Below, piece by piece: positions 14,503 to 29,590 of a stretch of DNA of 64,000 nt. The stretch spans positions 77,314,001 to 77,378,000 of the forward strand of contig OX597825.1 of the NCBI GenBank assembly GCA_951406725.2, given 5' to 3'. Under the pieces are notes generated by a model, which did no database searches, was not told the origin of the DNA, and saw only the letters and a program-made list of their open reading frames with translations. Source of the DNA: Octopus vulgaris (lineage: Eukaryota). Each line of letters opens with the position of its first letter. Position 1 is the first letter of the stretch. The translations under genes were made by a program, and so were the position numbers.

Positions 14503-14607
14503 TAAGATGAAAGTTTACAGATGAGCAGGTTCGAAGTCAGGATCGACCTTTTCCTTGTGAGATTTTAGTTAACCCCTCTTTCAAACATACACACACATAC
14601 AAAAAGG

Positions 14608-14669
<62 letters not shown>

Positions 14670-14946
14670 CAGACGAATATATGAATACATAATGATTGCC
14701 AATTCGATTTCATGCAGAACCATTCCTGATTGCTGATAAATGCTTGTAGCAGACAAATGTTTCCTGAAGCGGTTTAATCTAAATATTGTTTTTCTTCTTG
14801 GTGTTGTTGGTATTGTGAAGGCCAGCAAATATTCTGCTAATGGGACAGAGATTCTATCCCGTTGGTGCCACAAGAGTGCAACTCTTCTTCCATGTGCAAA
14901 ATATTTCTCACTCTACGTCTTGGATGACGTCGTACATATACATATC

Positions 14947-14980
<34 letters not shown>

Positions 14981-15015
14981 CGTATGTATGTATGTACGTA
15001 TGTATGTATATATAT

Positions 15016-15090
<75 letters not shown>

Positions 15091-15469
15091 CTATTACAAT
15101 CCAATAATACTATTTTCCAGGCAAGAAGGCATCGTAAAGATAGAATTATTATAAATAGGAAATAATGGCAGAACAAGGTACCAAATTTTGCTGGAAATAC
15201 CAGTCGATAATTGGCACTTTGTTTTGACCACTACTTTCTATTTATAATTCTACCTTTACGGTGCTTTATTTCGTTGGAAAATAATATTACTGTATTGTAA
15301 TAATATTTACATATTTATAGAAAAAATTTCACTGATCTCGGTTCTGTTTATGGCTGGGGCATTCGGCGAGTATGCAGGCACTGATGTAGCGGATATTGTA
15401 TATTTAGTATTTTTTGGTGGACCTAGTTGACGAGGACATGTCAGTTTTAGGATAACAAACGTATTCTGA

Positions 15470-15618
15470 AAAGTAAAAAGCTTGCTTCCACACCACATGG
15501 GTCCGGGTCCAGTCTCAGTAGATGACATTCGGCAAGTGTCTTCTACTATAGGCTTCGGTCGACCAATGCCTTGTGAGTGGATTTGGTAGATAGAAACTGA
15601 AAAAAACCCCGTCGTATA

Positions 15619-15666
<48 letters not shown>

Positions 15667-15881
15667 CGTATGTATGTAAATATTTATGTGTGCGTACGTC
15701 TTTGTGTCTGTGATTGTCCCCACTACCATCACTTGACAACCGATGTCAGCCATAGAATAAATACTACGATTACAAAGAATAAGATCTCGGTTCGATTTCT
15801 TCCGCCAAGAAACCCCCACTTACAGCGGTGCTGCAGCATGGCCGCAGTCGAATGACTAAAACAAGTAAAAGAATAAAAGAA
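15470..15881 (+). mobile_element. SINE family A copy
   Basis: ggcaagtgtcttctactatagg...gtgagtggatttggtag...(TG)n...catggccgcagtcgaatgactaaaacaagtaaaagaat. Confidence 0.85.
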
Positions 15882-16259
15882 TATATGAAAATATAATAAA
15901 GAAGTTGACTGTGAAGATGAAACTTATTTAAAGAGTTTACAGGGCGTCGGTGTGGGCTCTTGTTTCGTATTCACTCTCACTACATGTGACGTTGGGGGAA
16001 GTTTCTTCGGCTATATTTCCAACAAGTGACCAACACATTTTAGCACAGATGTTACATAGATGATTGTCCCCAATAACAGGAGCCATTGGTTCGTCATCAT
16101 GCACTTTCCCAGTGCCGTTTCAAGCCCCTAGCTGTTAGGTAAGTCTTGCCGTATTCATTGAATGCTGTTATCCAGAACGCCTAATCATTTGTTACGTTCA
16201 CATTATGCATGTGTCTGTCTGTGTGCATCTGTATGTGTGTGTGTGTGAGTGTGGGTTCG

Positions 16260-16267
16260 TTGATGCG

Positions 16268-16332
<65 letters not shown>

Positions 16333-16363
16333 GTGTGTATATATATATATATATATATATGTG

Positions 16364-16394
<31 letters not shown>

Positions 16395-16396
16395 AA

Positions 16397-16429
<33 letters not shown>

Positions 16430-16542
16430 CGCATCAACGAACCCACACTCACACACACATATGGATACACTGAAGACACATGCATAATGTAACGTAAAAT
16501 GTGAACGTATAATATATATATACGTATATATATATATATATA

Positions 16543-16614
<72 letters not shown>

Positions 16615-17022
16615 CGATATACATTTTTTTTTTTTGGTTTTCTCTTTATTTAGCAGAAATCATTTGAAACGGAAACATACTTGAGAAAAGTTGGTTACAG
16701 CATAAAGAATATCAATGCAGCTTTTTATGAGTATTTAGTCAAATATTACATCATTTCTTTTATGAGGTTAGGAAAGCCAGACTCATAAAGTCAACAATCT
16801 CTCTGTCTGCTGCTAAACTCCCCCTCCCCCTCCCTTTCTCTCTGTACGGTTTTCCCTCTTTCGTTCATTCATTCTATCACTCACACTGCACCTCTTGATC
16901 TAAATCCTGTTTCATTCTAAATTACTCTTTTTCGTATCACCTTGAACCTGTTAGCGAGTGTATTGCTGATGTGGTGAGCGTTTACGCATTGAGGAACAAA
17001 TACGCACCCATATATATATGTG

Positions 17023-17110
<88 letters not shown>

Positions 17111-17219
17111 AATGAATATATATATGCATTCATATATATATATAAATATATATATATATATGTATATATATATATGCATATATAATATATATATGTATAT
17201 ATATATAAATATATATATA

Positions 17220-17299
<80 letters not shown>

Positions 17300-17320
17300 T
17301 ATATATACATATATGCGTAG
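16260..17320. repeat. Two large (TA)n-rich fields with a short unique spacer
   Basis: Visible arrays at 16267-16610 and 17010-17310. Confidence 0.9.
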
Positions 17321-18235
17321 ACACATATGTGTATTATACACACACATTCTAAACTTAGCTATTTAAAACTCTTACTGACAATGTCTCCCATTTTATTAGA
17401 TTCATCATTTAAAACTCACACATTTATAAATAAATACAGAAATATATACCTGTACATATACTTGTATGTATGCATGTATATATGGATATATATGCATGCA
17501 AATATGCATGGATGTATGTACCTATGTATGTGCATTTGTATCAATATCTTCTATAATGGTAGATTCTTGGAAAACAAACATCAAAAATGCTGTAATATAG
17601 CAGATGCGAAAGTGAGGAGCTGTCAAGCAAGGTGATCGATAATAACAAGGATCGATATAATTATTCTACCTTGAATAAACCCCGTACACACTCACAGACG
17701 CATTCGCACATGCATGCGTTCGTACATATTTAAACCCGAACGCATACACAATCGAATAAGAGAACGGGTATGTATGTTTATGGTTGTGTGAGTGTGTATA
17801 TGTGAATGCATGCATACATGTCAACATATATGTATAAATATACATACATATATATGTGTGTGTACACACACACACACACAAATAAGTATATATATGTATA
17901 TGTATATATTTAGTTACGCAATCAGATTGCATATATTTGTGTGCATATATATATATATATTCTTAGTTACACCATCAGATTGTGTATAATTGTGTACACA
18001 TATATACGTATATACACACATAATATTATAATGTATATACTCACATAATTCAGTAATTCCATATTGTCAGAAATGCCTGATGAACGCTCACGTGAAACTC
18101 GGACCAACAGTTCTTTTCGGCTTTAATGAGATACTATATTACTCTGCCTTTGGTATTCGAGTACTATTTTCCCCTCTTATGTTGCGCATATATGTGTTTG
18201 TGTGTGTGTGTGTGTGTGTGCATGTCTATAAACAT

Positions 18236-18685
18236 GCAGGTGTGGGTATAAGGTAACAAGTTTGCTTCCTGACCACATGATTGCGAGTTCAGTCCCACTT
18301 GGTCAAGTGTTTTGTATTATAGCTTGGCGCTATCCGAAGCCTTGAGAGTGGATTTGATAGAGGGAAACTGAAAGAATCCCATTGTGTGTGTGCGTGTGTG
18401 TGTGTGTGCGTGTGTGTGTGTGTGTGCGTGCGGGTATATATTTGTGTGCGTGCTTGTGTATGTGTTTTTGTATCTGCTTTTGATTCCCACCACCGTTTAA
18501 CAACCGGTGCTGCTCTGTTTACGTTCTCGTTACCTAGCGGTTCGGCAAAACTGAACTCATCATACAATGAATACCAACCTTTAATACAAAAACCAAACAG
18601 AAGTGCTGTGGTCGTACCTTGTCAATAAAATTCTTCAAGGCTCTGCCCCAGAATAGCTGCAATCCAATGACTACAAAAAAATAAC
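18236..18685 (+). mobile_element. SINE family A copy, diverged
   Basis: gcaggtgtgggtataaggtaacaagtttgcttcctgaccacatgattgcgagttcagtcccac, then internal (TG)n and 3' half. Confidence 0.8.
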
Positions 18686-19191
18686 GGACAGAAGCTAAAC
18701 TATATCCCCACACAGATGTGCACATGCAAATATAAAGCTGCAAAGTGCATGCTTTCAGTAAAACTAAGAAGAATTCGTAATAAGCCTAAACCATAAAGAT
18801 GCATAACATATTTATAGACACGTTTAAGATGCTTTAGGTAAAAATGGCCAGCCAGGAATTCTTATCCAATTCATATGAGGTAGTCCCAGATATCAAGTAT
18901 TTTGTAATAAAGAGAAGATGATAGATTCTTGGAGTTTCCTCTCATCTCATCTATTTAGCTGTTTTTAATATCGGATATTCTTCAGAATTCTTTCATTTGA
19001 CTCTCTGTCTCTCTCTCTCTCTCGTTCTGTTTCAACCTCTCTCCCCTTCTCTATCTTTAGCTCATACCTCCTTCCCCTCATACTCCCCACATCCTTTCTC
19101 ATACCATTTATTATTCTTTATTTTCGTAGTAAATCTAAGTACGATTCTATTTTGGTGTACATATATACAAACATACATGAATACATGAATG

Positions 19192-19230
<39 letters not shown>

Positions 19231-19349
19231 GGGTGTGTGCGTGCATACATATATGCATATAAATGTATGAGTGACAGTGGAGCCGATATATGAATGATTT
19301 AATTATTGCACGTGGAACGCATCCAATCATACCCATATGCACACTTTAT

Positions 19350-19415
<66 letters not shown>

Positions 19416-19431
19416 GTATATATATATATAC

Positions 19432-19487
<56 letters not shown>

Positions 19488-19490
<3 letters not shown>

Positions 19491-20480
19491 TTTAGTGTTT
19501 GTTGACTTGGAGAGAGACTTTGACAGTGTATTCAGCCATGTGATATGATGGACTCTAAAGTAGCTAGGCGTAGACGAGAGATTTGTGGAAGCCGGGGAAG
19601 CCATGTATAGAGGTTCTGTCAGTAAAATGAACGTTACCAACAAATATAGCAATGAATTTAATGTACTGGTAGGGCTTCATCCCCGTTCGGTTCTCACTCA
19701 CCTCCGTTTCATCATCGTCCTTCCGGCCGTAACAGAGGAATTCAACACCAATTCTTCCTTGGAACTGTTATATGTTGATGATATTGCTCTGGTAGCGGTT
19801 TCTGTAACAGAACTAGGAAAAGAAAAACAAAATTCTAGTTGCAGAACGAAAATCAGGAATCAAAGATCCTCAACGTTAATTTAGCAACAACTAATATTCT
19901 AGTAGACTAGAATACGGACAAGGGTCTTCCCCAATCAAGTAAATGGTCATAAAATCTATAGATGACGAGGAATCGATTTTCTCAAATGCCCTGAAGGCTC
20001 TTTAGAGGTAGCGAACAATTACTGCTACGTAGGGGATATAATTAGTTGTGGAAGAGGATGCGCGGCAAGTGTAGTCGCAAGATTAAAGCTATGCTGAAGA
20101 TAATTCAGAGAGCATTTACCTCTGATGGTAACCAAATGTCTCTCTCCCCGAGTGAAGGAAAGATTGTGTGATGCACATATAAGAACAGCAAGCTATATAG
20201 TAATGAGGTGTGAGTCCTGAACCCAGAATACATATGAAGTCTCGAGAGAAAAGAAGCTAGTAGGCTTCGCTGGATGTGCAATATCAGTGCACATATGATG
20301 CGTATGGATGTAGACAGTTGTATAGAGAAATGCCGATAACGGAAAGTGGATGGAACTTGTGGACATGTGACGAGGTACTGAAGGCCAATCTCAAGAGACT
20401 GGACCTCATGAAGGAGATGACAAAGGACCGATTATATCTGCACCTAGCCGTATTCAGGAAGACACGTCCGCCACAGGAGA
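19488..20480 (+). pseudogene. 5'-truncated, internally deleted RTE-clade LINE reverse transcriptase relic
   Basis: Translates [11 protein letters not shown]...[16 protein letters not shown]...ELLYVDDIALVA (YADD-like)...LEVANNYCYVGDIISCGRGC...RLRWMCNIS, with stops and frameshifts. Confidence 0.9.
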
Positions 20481-20482
20481 AC

Positions 20483-20760
20483 TGATACTGGTACTGGTGA
20501 CACATGAAAAGCACTGGCGCTTATGCTGCATATAAAGTACCCAGAACACTGTGTAAAGTGGTTGGCGTTAGGAAGGGTATCCAGTGGCAGAGACCATGCC
20601 AGAAGTGACAGTGGTGCCTGGTGCGAACCCTGACCATACCAGCTCCCCTCAGACCGTCCAACCCATGCAAGCATGGAAAACACATGTTAACGATGAAGAT
20701 GATGATGCTCAATATGATGATGATGATGATGGTCGTGGTGGTGGTGGTGGTGGTGGTGAT
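20483..20760 (+). mobile_element. RTE LINE 3' UTR with (GAT)n tail
   Basis: tggttggcgttaggaagggtatccag...ccgtccaacccatgcaagcatggaaaac...(gat)n, directly after the RT relic. Confidence 0.75.
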
Positions 20761-20880
20761 ACATGAACATCTTTTGACCTAGTCTGGTCCTACATCCTAT
20801 CAATCTCTTTACACACGAATGCAAACATGTATATCATACATTATATATATATATGCTATACATATATCTGCATATGTCAT

Positions 20881-20985
20881 AGCGGTTCGACAAAAAACTG
20901 ATAGAATAAGTACTAGCCTTACAAAGAATAAGTCCTGGGGTCGATCTGTTCGGCCAAAGGAGGTGCTCTAGGTGTAAAAGAAATA
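20881..20985 (+). mobile_element. 3' fragment of SINE family A
   Basis: agcggttcgac...agaataagtactagccttacaaagaataagtcctggggtcgat. Confidence 0.8.
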
Positions 20986-20986
20986 A

Positions 20987-21045
<59 letters not shown>

Positions 21046-21110
21046 TACATATGTGTGTGTGTGTGTGAGAGACACAAGTATAGACTGAGAGAAAGTGAGA
21101 GTGATATATA

Positions 21111-21175
<65 letters not shown>

Positions 21176-21485
21176 TTAAATACACACATGTAGCGACACT
21201 CTCCTTCATACACACTCACAGCCAGACACCTAAACGCACACACATGGAAACCTGCCCACTGAAAGATCTATTCGGTGTCTTTCTTATTTTCCCCGCTACT
21301 TGAATGCAAGCAGCGCATATAAAAGAAAAAGAAAAAGCCGCCAGATGATACGCATGAAGTCATTAATCAATGGTTGATCATCTATTTATAGCAGCTGTCA
21401 CACATCAATGCTTTTTGTTGTTTATCGATCAGCCGCAGAATGTTGCCTCTGAAGGAAAATGTAAAGAAAATAACACATACACACC

Positions 21486-21552
<67 letters not shown>

Positions 21553-21783
21553 CATATACATATATATATATATGTGTGTATGTGTGTGTGTGTGTGTATA
21601 AATCAAAGGTGTGTGTATAAATCAACCCCACCCGTATATAATACGCAATTGCGAGATTACGACGCAGTAACTAGTACTTGGGTATGAATATCTGGGTACA
21701 CTTCCAGTAGTATATTGGATAGGGACTATCCCTTAGTTGGTTTCTCAACATCTAACTTACACACACACACACACACATATATA

Positions 21784-22154
21784 TCTCTCTATATATAAAC
21801 GGCAGTTTGTCTGTGTGTGTTTCTGTGTGTCTGTTAGGTTGTACCCTCACCCTGACCACGGCTTTCAACCGATTCTGATGAAACTTGACACACATATAGC
21901 CCAATGTCATAATTCAAAACTAACGCAGCGAAAATTTTGAAAAGTTCCCCCAGTTCTGAAAAAAATCGATAAATTCGACATGGGGTCGAGAATCAGAAAC
22001 ACAAACCACAGACTGTCTAGGGGACGCAAGTCGACCTTTTTAACTAAAAAAAAAATTTACCATCATTTTTTTCCATTTTTTGGCTATAACTCTCTAAAAA
22101 TGCTTTATAGTTATTTCCCTTACAAACCCGAGCAACGCCGGGCAATATTGCTAG
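21784..22154 (+). mobile_element. Complete non-autonomous Helitron
   Basis: 5' end a|TCTCTCTATATATAAA; subterminal hairpin CCCGagcaacgcCGGG at 22127-22142; 3' end CTAG|t. Inserted between A and T with no TSD. Confidence 0.88.
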
Positions 22155-23064
22155 TATAGAGATATTTAGATATATGCGTACGTATGCATATATTTATGCT
22201 TATATCTATGTATAAGTTTCCGTGCAGAAATAGGAGTCATTTTTTAAATGCTTTTAGTTAAATCTATGTGTTCGTTGCTGATTAGATAATCTGTCATTAT
22301 TCATAGACGTGTGTTTGTATGTGTGTGTGTATGTGTGTGTGTGTGATTAGTGACAATTATAAATAGAAATGAATTGATCAATTCATAGTTATTTTGAAAA
22401 GACGCACAAGCACACACAAACACAATCACACACACACAAACATTCAAATTTACATTCATAAATATATACACACACAAGCATATATACATACGTACATATG
22501 TACATAAATGCTTGCATGCATGATTACATACAAACAAACACACACACACACGCATGTATACATGCATATTACATATTTACATACATAGATGCATACACAT
22601 ATATATATGGTGGCTCTCAGCTTGACGAGTATGGTCATTAATTTATTTTATCCTTGATGTTAACGTCAATTGCTGCCAGCCATGTCAGTTCTGAAACTAG
22701 ATATGCAACTTTCACCCACGACAACAAGTAGACCAGAAACAAGGAAGAGCAGGATCTCTGCTTTCGCAATCAAGTTGGTGTTATTTTGGAAATGTCTGTC
22801 TTAGAGAGCTGTCGAAAGATGCTCTCTAGGAGAGCATCATTCTGCAGTGTTCAACGCAAACCAGGAGGCTTGATAAGGTTGCTAGTTTAATCACCGACGG
22901 CCCAGCCATGCGCCAGGTTCTAGTGATTTACATGTTATCAGTGGCACTAAGGGTGACCTGTTATGATCATACATACATACTACTTCTAATGCATACATAC
23001 ATACATATATATAACCATACACACACATACATGTAGTTTCTGCCGATAATGTTTCATCCACAAT

Positions 23065-23280
23065 GTTAGGCGACGAGCCGGCGGAATCGTTTACCAGGCC
23101 GGATGAAATGCGAAATGGCATTTAGTTTCTCTTGACATTCTGAGTTCAAAATCTGCTGAGTTTGGCTTTGCCTTTCATCATTTCAAGATCGATAAAATAA
23201 GTTCCATTTGAGTGCTTCGGTCGATGTAATCGACTTACACTCACTTGAGTTTTCTGGCCTTGTGCCAAAATCTTCAACTA
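23065..23280 (+). mobile_element. Meta-domain SINE (tail A)
   Basis: ggcgacgagccggcggaatcg...ttctgagttcaaaatc...tttgcctttcatc...ggccttgtgcc. Confidence 0.8.
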
Positions 23281-23914
23281 ATAATTCATGCACCAGTTAT
23301 TGGTGATTCTGGTACGATGACAGAGACCATTTCCTGGGGAATGTTACCGCACCATTCCGCTACAGAGCAGCGAATCTAAAATCGTTGCCTCTGTATATCT
23401 GAATAACTAATATGTAAATAGTGAGTAAGCACCGAAGACTTGGTCTCTAACCCTCACTCGAGCTTAAACCGTTCGTAAATCAAACCCAGCCACCTTAAAA
23501 GAGAAAGTATATCTTGAATGTGTGTGGCTCAACGTAAAAAAATACGAGATGTTGAAGAAGGAAATTCTTTCATCATGAATTCATATGAACAGAACTGACC
23601 TGGGGTTAAAGAACGGTAACAACAGCAGTTTCAAATTTATTAACTTATTTCATTACGATCCAATGTGTGGAATATCTGTATGATCGCTTAAACTGTAAGA
23701 AATAACAATTAAATCTTTCTGAAATCAAAAGATAATGACTTATAGAAGATGGACTCGTTCGATAATAAATTTTATCTACAAAAGGATGGTCAAAGCTGGA
23801 ACGCATTTGATCGCAACCACCCCTCCTCCCAGTCAGAGCTAATCTGGCATAAAAACCAAAACAGCATCACAAAGAGTTAAATTTCACTATTTTTTTTTAT
23901 CTATAACTTCTTTT

Positions 23915-24098
23915 AGGCATTGGAGTGCGCCCATGCTGGAGCAGCGCACTGCAGAGTTTAATCAAACAAATCGACACCAGTATTTATTTAACTTAATCCC
24001 GGTACTTATTCTATGGCCCTCTTTTCACCGTACCGCCAATTTACTGAGAAGTAAACCAACTGCTAAGCACTGACATGGCTGACATACACACGGGCGCA

Positions 24099-24163
<65 letters not shown>

Positions 24164-24320
24164 GCACGCACGCCGACACATATGTGTACGAATGTCTCCC
24201 TCACAGTTTCCATCATCCAGGGACTATAGTAGAGGAGACTTGCGCAAGGTGTCATGCTCTGATACTGAACCCGGGACCAAGCGGTTCGAAAGCAAACTTC
24301 TTCCCTTTCAGCCACGCCGG
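23915..24320 (-). mobile_element. SINE family A copy, diverged
   Basis: ccatgctggagcagc...tacttattctatgg...(CA)n...actgaacccgggacc...cagccac. Confidence 0.75.
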
Positions 24321-24489
24321 CTTTACGAATCTAGAACAGGTAACTTCTTTAGTTAGTTCTTACCAAACTGAAAACAAATATTTTATTTCAAAAATTTACA
24401 TGTGCAAATATAAGGTCCACAGATAAGATAGCTCTCATGTGGTCCACAAACAAAATAAGGTTAGAAACCCCTGATTTAGCGTATCGAGA

Positions 24490-24700
24490 CAGCGACTGGG
24501 TAGAGTCGTTACTGCGCCGTACAATAGGCTTAGTGACATTTCTTCCAGATCTGAGTTCAAATATCACCGTGGTAGAGTTTGTCTTTCATCCTTTCGAGTT
24601 CGATAAAATTATTACCAGTTGACTACTGGGGTCATTGTCGTCGATTTCCCCATTTTCTCTCAAAATTACTATCCTTGTGCCCAAACTAGAAACGATTATC
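24490..24700 (+). mobile_element. Meta-domain SINE (tail A), diverged
   Basis: ctgagttcaaatatcaccgtggtagagtttgtctttcatcctttcgagttcgataaa...ccttgtgcccaaactagaaacgattat. Confidence 0.75.
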
Positions 24701-25189
24701 CATCTTGAATTTTTCCGTGTTGGAAGCGGCCGGTAAGCGACTGAAAGAAGATTTGACTGCAAACTCTAGTAGGTTATAAGCAACGAGGTCCGTGTATACG
24801 TCGATGGTTCATGGAAATCCAAATATATAATTGCCTACTTTTATGTCATTTCTTTGAATTTACTGTCAGTTTGTTGCTATTTCTAGCATTTCGAGCAACA
24901 AACATATTGCTTAGGAAAACTGACGTCACAAAACTAAGGTAAACTAATGATGGATGAAAGAGCAGAAGAGGGTGTAGGGCAGATAGCCAATGTGTTCATT
25001 AGAAGTAAAGGGAAGTTTTGCAGTGTATATATATGTAGTATGGCGTAGGTTTGAAAAACAAACAAGAAGGAATAAAGCAATGTTGCATTAAGAGACCATA
25101 TTAAAAAATCTGTTTGAAAAGCATTCGATAACATCAAACGGAAATCTAAATCATTGCCGAACCAATATAGTGTATGCCGTGTGCGCGTG

Positions 25190-25228
<39 letters not shown>

Positions 25229-25257
25229 GTATATGTATGCATGTATGTATGTGTTTG

Positions 25258-25298
<41 letters not shown>

Positions 25299-25330
25299 TG
25301 CATGCATGTATGTATGTATGTATGTGTATG

Positions 25331-25388
<58 letters not shown>

Positions 25389-25492
25389 ATATATATATAT
25401 AACATATACACATACATATATATATGTATGAATGTATGTATGTATATATGTATGTGTGTGTATTGTATTATATAGCTCTGTGTAAATATATT

Positions 25493-25538
<46 letters not shown>

Positions 25539-25699
25539 ACATATAAAACAATATGTAACACAAACACACACATGATGTCCATTGTTACCGTTCAGTAGTT
25601 TTTTTTTATAGCGTGATTTCACTGCACCATCGAGTGCAACTTTCAATCTATCGGTTATATGCGGTGTATTATTTTGGGTTTTCAATTTTCTATTGTTCT

Positions 25700-26135
25700 A
25701 TCCAATCGCACTATTCTCTCTGTACGCTGTGCATATTTATAAGTCTCAAGATATTTTTATGTGCATATTTTTTCCCATCATTTTTTTAAAAACCATTCCC
25801 TAGATCTCTATTTTTAGAGAGACTGATTCTTTTTCATACCAAATATTTAGATCATCTTTGTTGCTAGATCTTTATATCCAGATAATTTCTCAATTTTTTT
25901 TTTATAGAAGCATTATCGATTATAAGGACAAATGCATTGATGAGGTTACACTATTTTCTCGGTAATACTTGATAATAATATGAAGCGCATAAGCTTTGCT
26001 TTCCCACTCTCTGTGCATTGGTACTTTCCACTTTATGGCCACTGACGTCTCTACATTTGTATACCTATGCCATCTCTCTAATGTTGGTATTTTCTAATGC
26101 TGGAAAATATTCCAGTGTAATACTCCATATCTATA
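25700..26135 (-). pseudogene. Degenerate C-terminus of an R4/Dong-like (restriction-like endonuclease) non-LTR retrotransposon
   Basis: Minus strand reads LHWNIFQH*KIPTLERWHRYT...IKWKVPMHREWESKA and IEKLSGYKDL, matching the R4-type IHWxLCxxY..KWYxH, ILWDxPIxTD and EKLSKYKDL motifs. Confidence 0.6.
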
Positions 26136-26428
26136 ATTCTTGTTTCATATAGTTTCTTTTGGCGAAGAAAATCTAAAGACATTACGGTTAAAATGAAGAC
26201 GTATGATATTCATAATGAACATACAAATATAGAAGGGTGATAGCTTTAAACGTTCGTTGCAGGGAAACTCCTTCAAGTTACTTTTGTGCAAAGAAAGAAC
26301 TCAGGTGCCGCACAGAATGTCATTGGCAGATCGTCATACTCTGGTGTCTCGACGCTATACTTTCTTGTTAGTAACAAAATCTCCAAAACATAGACAGACA
26401 GACAGACAGACAGACAGATAGACGAACG

Positions 26429-26528
<100 letters not shown>

Positions 26529-26644
26529 TGTACACATACATAAATATATGTGTGTGCGTATGTGCGTATGCGTTCGTGCGTGTGTGTGTGAGTGTGAGAT
26601 TGTGCACGTTCGTATGTGTGCGTATTTATGTTTGCATCTGTGTT

Positions 26645-26845
26645 TGTCCTCCATTACCGCTTGACAACCGGTGTTGGTGTGTTTAAGTCCCTCTGGCTTG
26701 GCGGTTCGGCAAATAAGACTATAAAATGAGCACCAGGCTTTAAAAAAACACTAAATACCAGGGTTGTTTCATTCGACTAAAACTTTCTCAGAGCAGTGCT
26801 CCAGAATGACCGCAGTCTAATTACTAAAACAAGTAAAAGATAGAA
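26645..26845 (+). mobile_element. 3' half of SINE family A
   Basis: cgcttgacaaccggtgttggtgtgttta...ggcggttcggc...cgcagtctaattactaaaacaagtaaaaga. Confidence 0.8.
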
Positions 26846-26887
26846 GATTCAAAGAGACACATATTTGTGGCATGTCAAAGAGTTATG

Positions 26888-27118
26888 GAGGGGCATGGTT
26901 AAGTGGTTAGGGCGTTGAACTTCAGATCATAAGATTGTGGTTTCGATTCCTGGACTGGGCACCACATTTGTATTCTTGATCAAAAATCTTCATTTCATGT
27001 TGCACCAGTCCACTCAGCTAGCAAAAATAAGTAATCCTGCTACGGACCGGGGTCCCAACCTTCCAGTTGTGTGGGGGATATATACGACATAGAAACAGGG
27101 AAACTGGCCCTTACGAGA
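26888..27118 (+). mobile_element. tRNA-derived SINE with CORE-like body (family C)
   Basis: A box tggttaagtgg, B box ggtttcgattcc, body catttcatgttgcaccagtccactcagct. Homologous to 62670-62912. Confidence 0.75.
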
Positions 27119-27203
27119 AGATTACTTTACCATTTCAAAGAGTCGAACTTACTAGAAATAACAGTTAAGTTTTACAAAAGCTACAAGCTACAACATAATT
27201 TTA

Positions 27204-27425
27204 TCAGGGCATCTACCCCCCATAGGAAAATTCTCGGGACGACAACTACCACCCTTGGACAATTTCTCCTTTTGGTTAATTACCCCCTCTCCAATATATT
27301 TAAGAAGTTTTATATCAACATCTGTTGTCCTCAAGGCTAATTGCCCTTGGGGTGGTTATTGTCCATGAGGGCGGGTGTTATTGTCCATGGGTGTGGTTAT
27401 TGTCCATCGAGGGTAAATGTCCTAG
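27204..27425. mobile_element. Unclassified foldback-like MITE with subterminal repeats
   Basis: Ends tcagggcatctaccccc and gagggtaaatgtcctag are imperfect inverted repeats. GTTATTGTCCAT occurs three times on the right, with complementary ggacaat-like motifs on the left. Confidence 0.5.
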
Positions 27426-27895
27426 ATTCGTTCTAATTACTGAAGGATGATGTCCTAGATAGACTATGTTTTATAAAGGCCGACGTGATTATGACACTCT
27501 ACTCTTTGATCTTGGACACACTGAGTAAAGATTGATCTGAGTTTAAAGGTTAACAGTAGCAGCTATATACAAATACCTGTGTGTATTTTTGTGTGTCCAC
27601 GAATGTTCAACTATCACCAAACACCTACAGACATGTTTTAATAGTTTTAGTACCGAACACGCAGACATATGCACACTTTCATACACAGATCCATACACAT
27701 ACACACAGCGAGGCAGACATGTGTAACAACAAACTTGGAAGAGACGTGTGTATGAATATCTCATCTCTAAAGACTTTTGAGTGTCAGCAACCGACCAGTG
27801 TGATTCACGCCTGCACAAACACGCACAAACACGCATAAATACAAACACACACACACGTACACACACACACACGCACGCACGCACACACTCACACA

Positions 27896-27934
<39 letters not shown>

Positions 27935-28005
27935 ACAAACACTCACACTACACGCCCGCGCACGAACATGCACACACGAATACACGCATTCACAGATATA
28001 TATAA

Positions 28006-28045
<40 letters not shown>

Positions 28046-28197
28046 TTACAAATATTTATAGACAAGTATTCACTCATTCCAACACAAAAGCAATTAGACA
28101 ATACAAACACCTACGCGAACAGAAACCCGCTCATACTTATATATATACATATATATACACATACATACATTCATACATACATATATACACACATACA

Positions 28198-28231
<34 letters not shown>

Positions 28232-28441
28232 CATACATACATACATACATACATACATACATTCATACATAAATACATACATACATACATACATACATAC
28301 ATACATACACACATACGTGCTTAGAGACACAAATGCACATACAAAATTGTTGAAGAACATGAGGTTACATATGCATGCAGTCAGGCAAGAATCACAACTA
28401 ATACATTCTGAATCACAAACACAAACATTGACATAAAGACG

Positions 28442-28533
<92 letters not shown>

Positions 28534-29158
28534 CAGACAATTGAGGAGAAATGTAGAATTGGAGACCTTGAGTCCATCGCATGCCTAAAGTAAAGACTAG
28601 TGTTATTCTTTGCCAAATAAACAAGCATTATTTGCACAGTCTCTATCTTTAGAAGCAACAGATGTTTCCAGTGTATATCGCGTAAATTACCTCCACTTAG
28701 CAAGCTCAGCTCTCTGGTTATTGTCACAGGCATAGACTTCGCTGCAAAGAGGCGAATTGGTACAATTCTTAGAGTATGGTACATTATTTGATCATTCACT
28801 GTCGAGTGTTCAAATGTAGCTAAAGTCACCCGTTTTTTTTCTGTACTTCTTAAGAGTCAATCGTTGTTGCACGCATCCTCACAACACCTCTTTCTTTAGA
28901 AATCGAACTGAGTTAGCTAGAGGCTAATAGGCACTTTCCATAGTAAAAATTAACGACTGCTTACAAGGGTAATTCAACTCACAACGGATCTACACAAAGG
29001 TTTACACCATGTATTACAGTAACAAACTCATTTTCACGAACATTATTCAAAAACTAATTCAAATTGAATAGATTATATTGATTTGCCGGATACTGTAGTG
29101 GGAAATTACTAATGATTTCTTAGCTATATAAATAAATCTGTGTTGATTTCCCAGAAGC

Positions 29159-29225
<67 letters not shown>

Positions 29226-29346
29226 GTAAAATCTCAAGAAGAGATCAGAATAGTAACTATACTAACGAGTAAAGTTAATCTGCCTCGGGTTAAATCATCC
29301 ACTTTGATGTGGCGATTAGTTTTACTTGTTATGTATATGCATGTGA

Positions 29347-29404
<58 letters not shown>

Positions 29405-29424
29405 TTGTGTGTGACACAACATAT

Positions 29425-29590
29425 ATACGACGGGCTTCTTTCAGTTTCCGTCAACCATATCCACTCACAAGACTTTGGTCGGCCCAAGGCTATAGTAGAA
29501 GACACTTGCCCAAGTTGCCACGCAGTGGGACTGAACCCGGAACGATGTGGTTCGTAAGCAACCTACTTACCACACCCCCACTCCTACGCC
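29425..29590 (-). mobile_element. 5' half of SINE family A
   Basis: tacgacgggcttctttcagtttccgtc...gggactgaacccggaa...ccactcctacgcct. Confidence 0.9.

Noticed and set aside
21875-21885. CTGATGAAAC as a hammerhead
   Set aside because: No room for stem II; it is part of the Helitron 5' motif.
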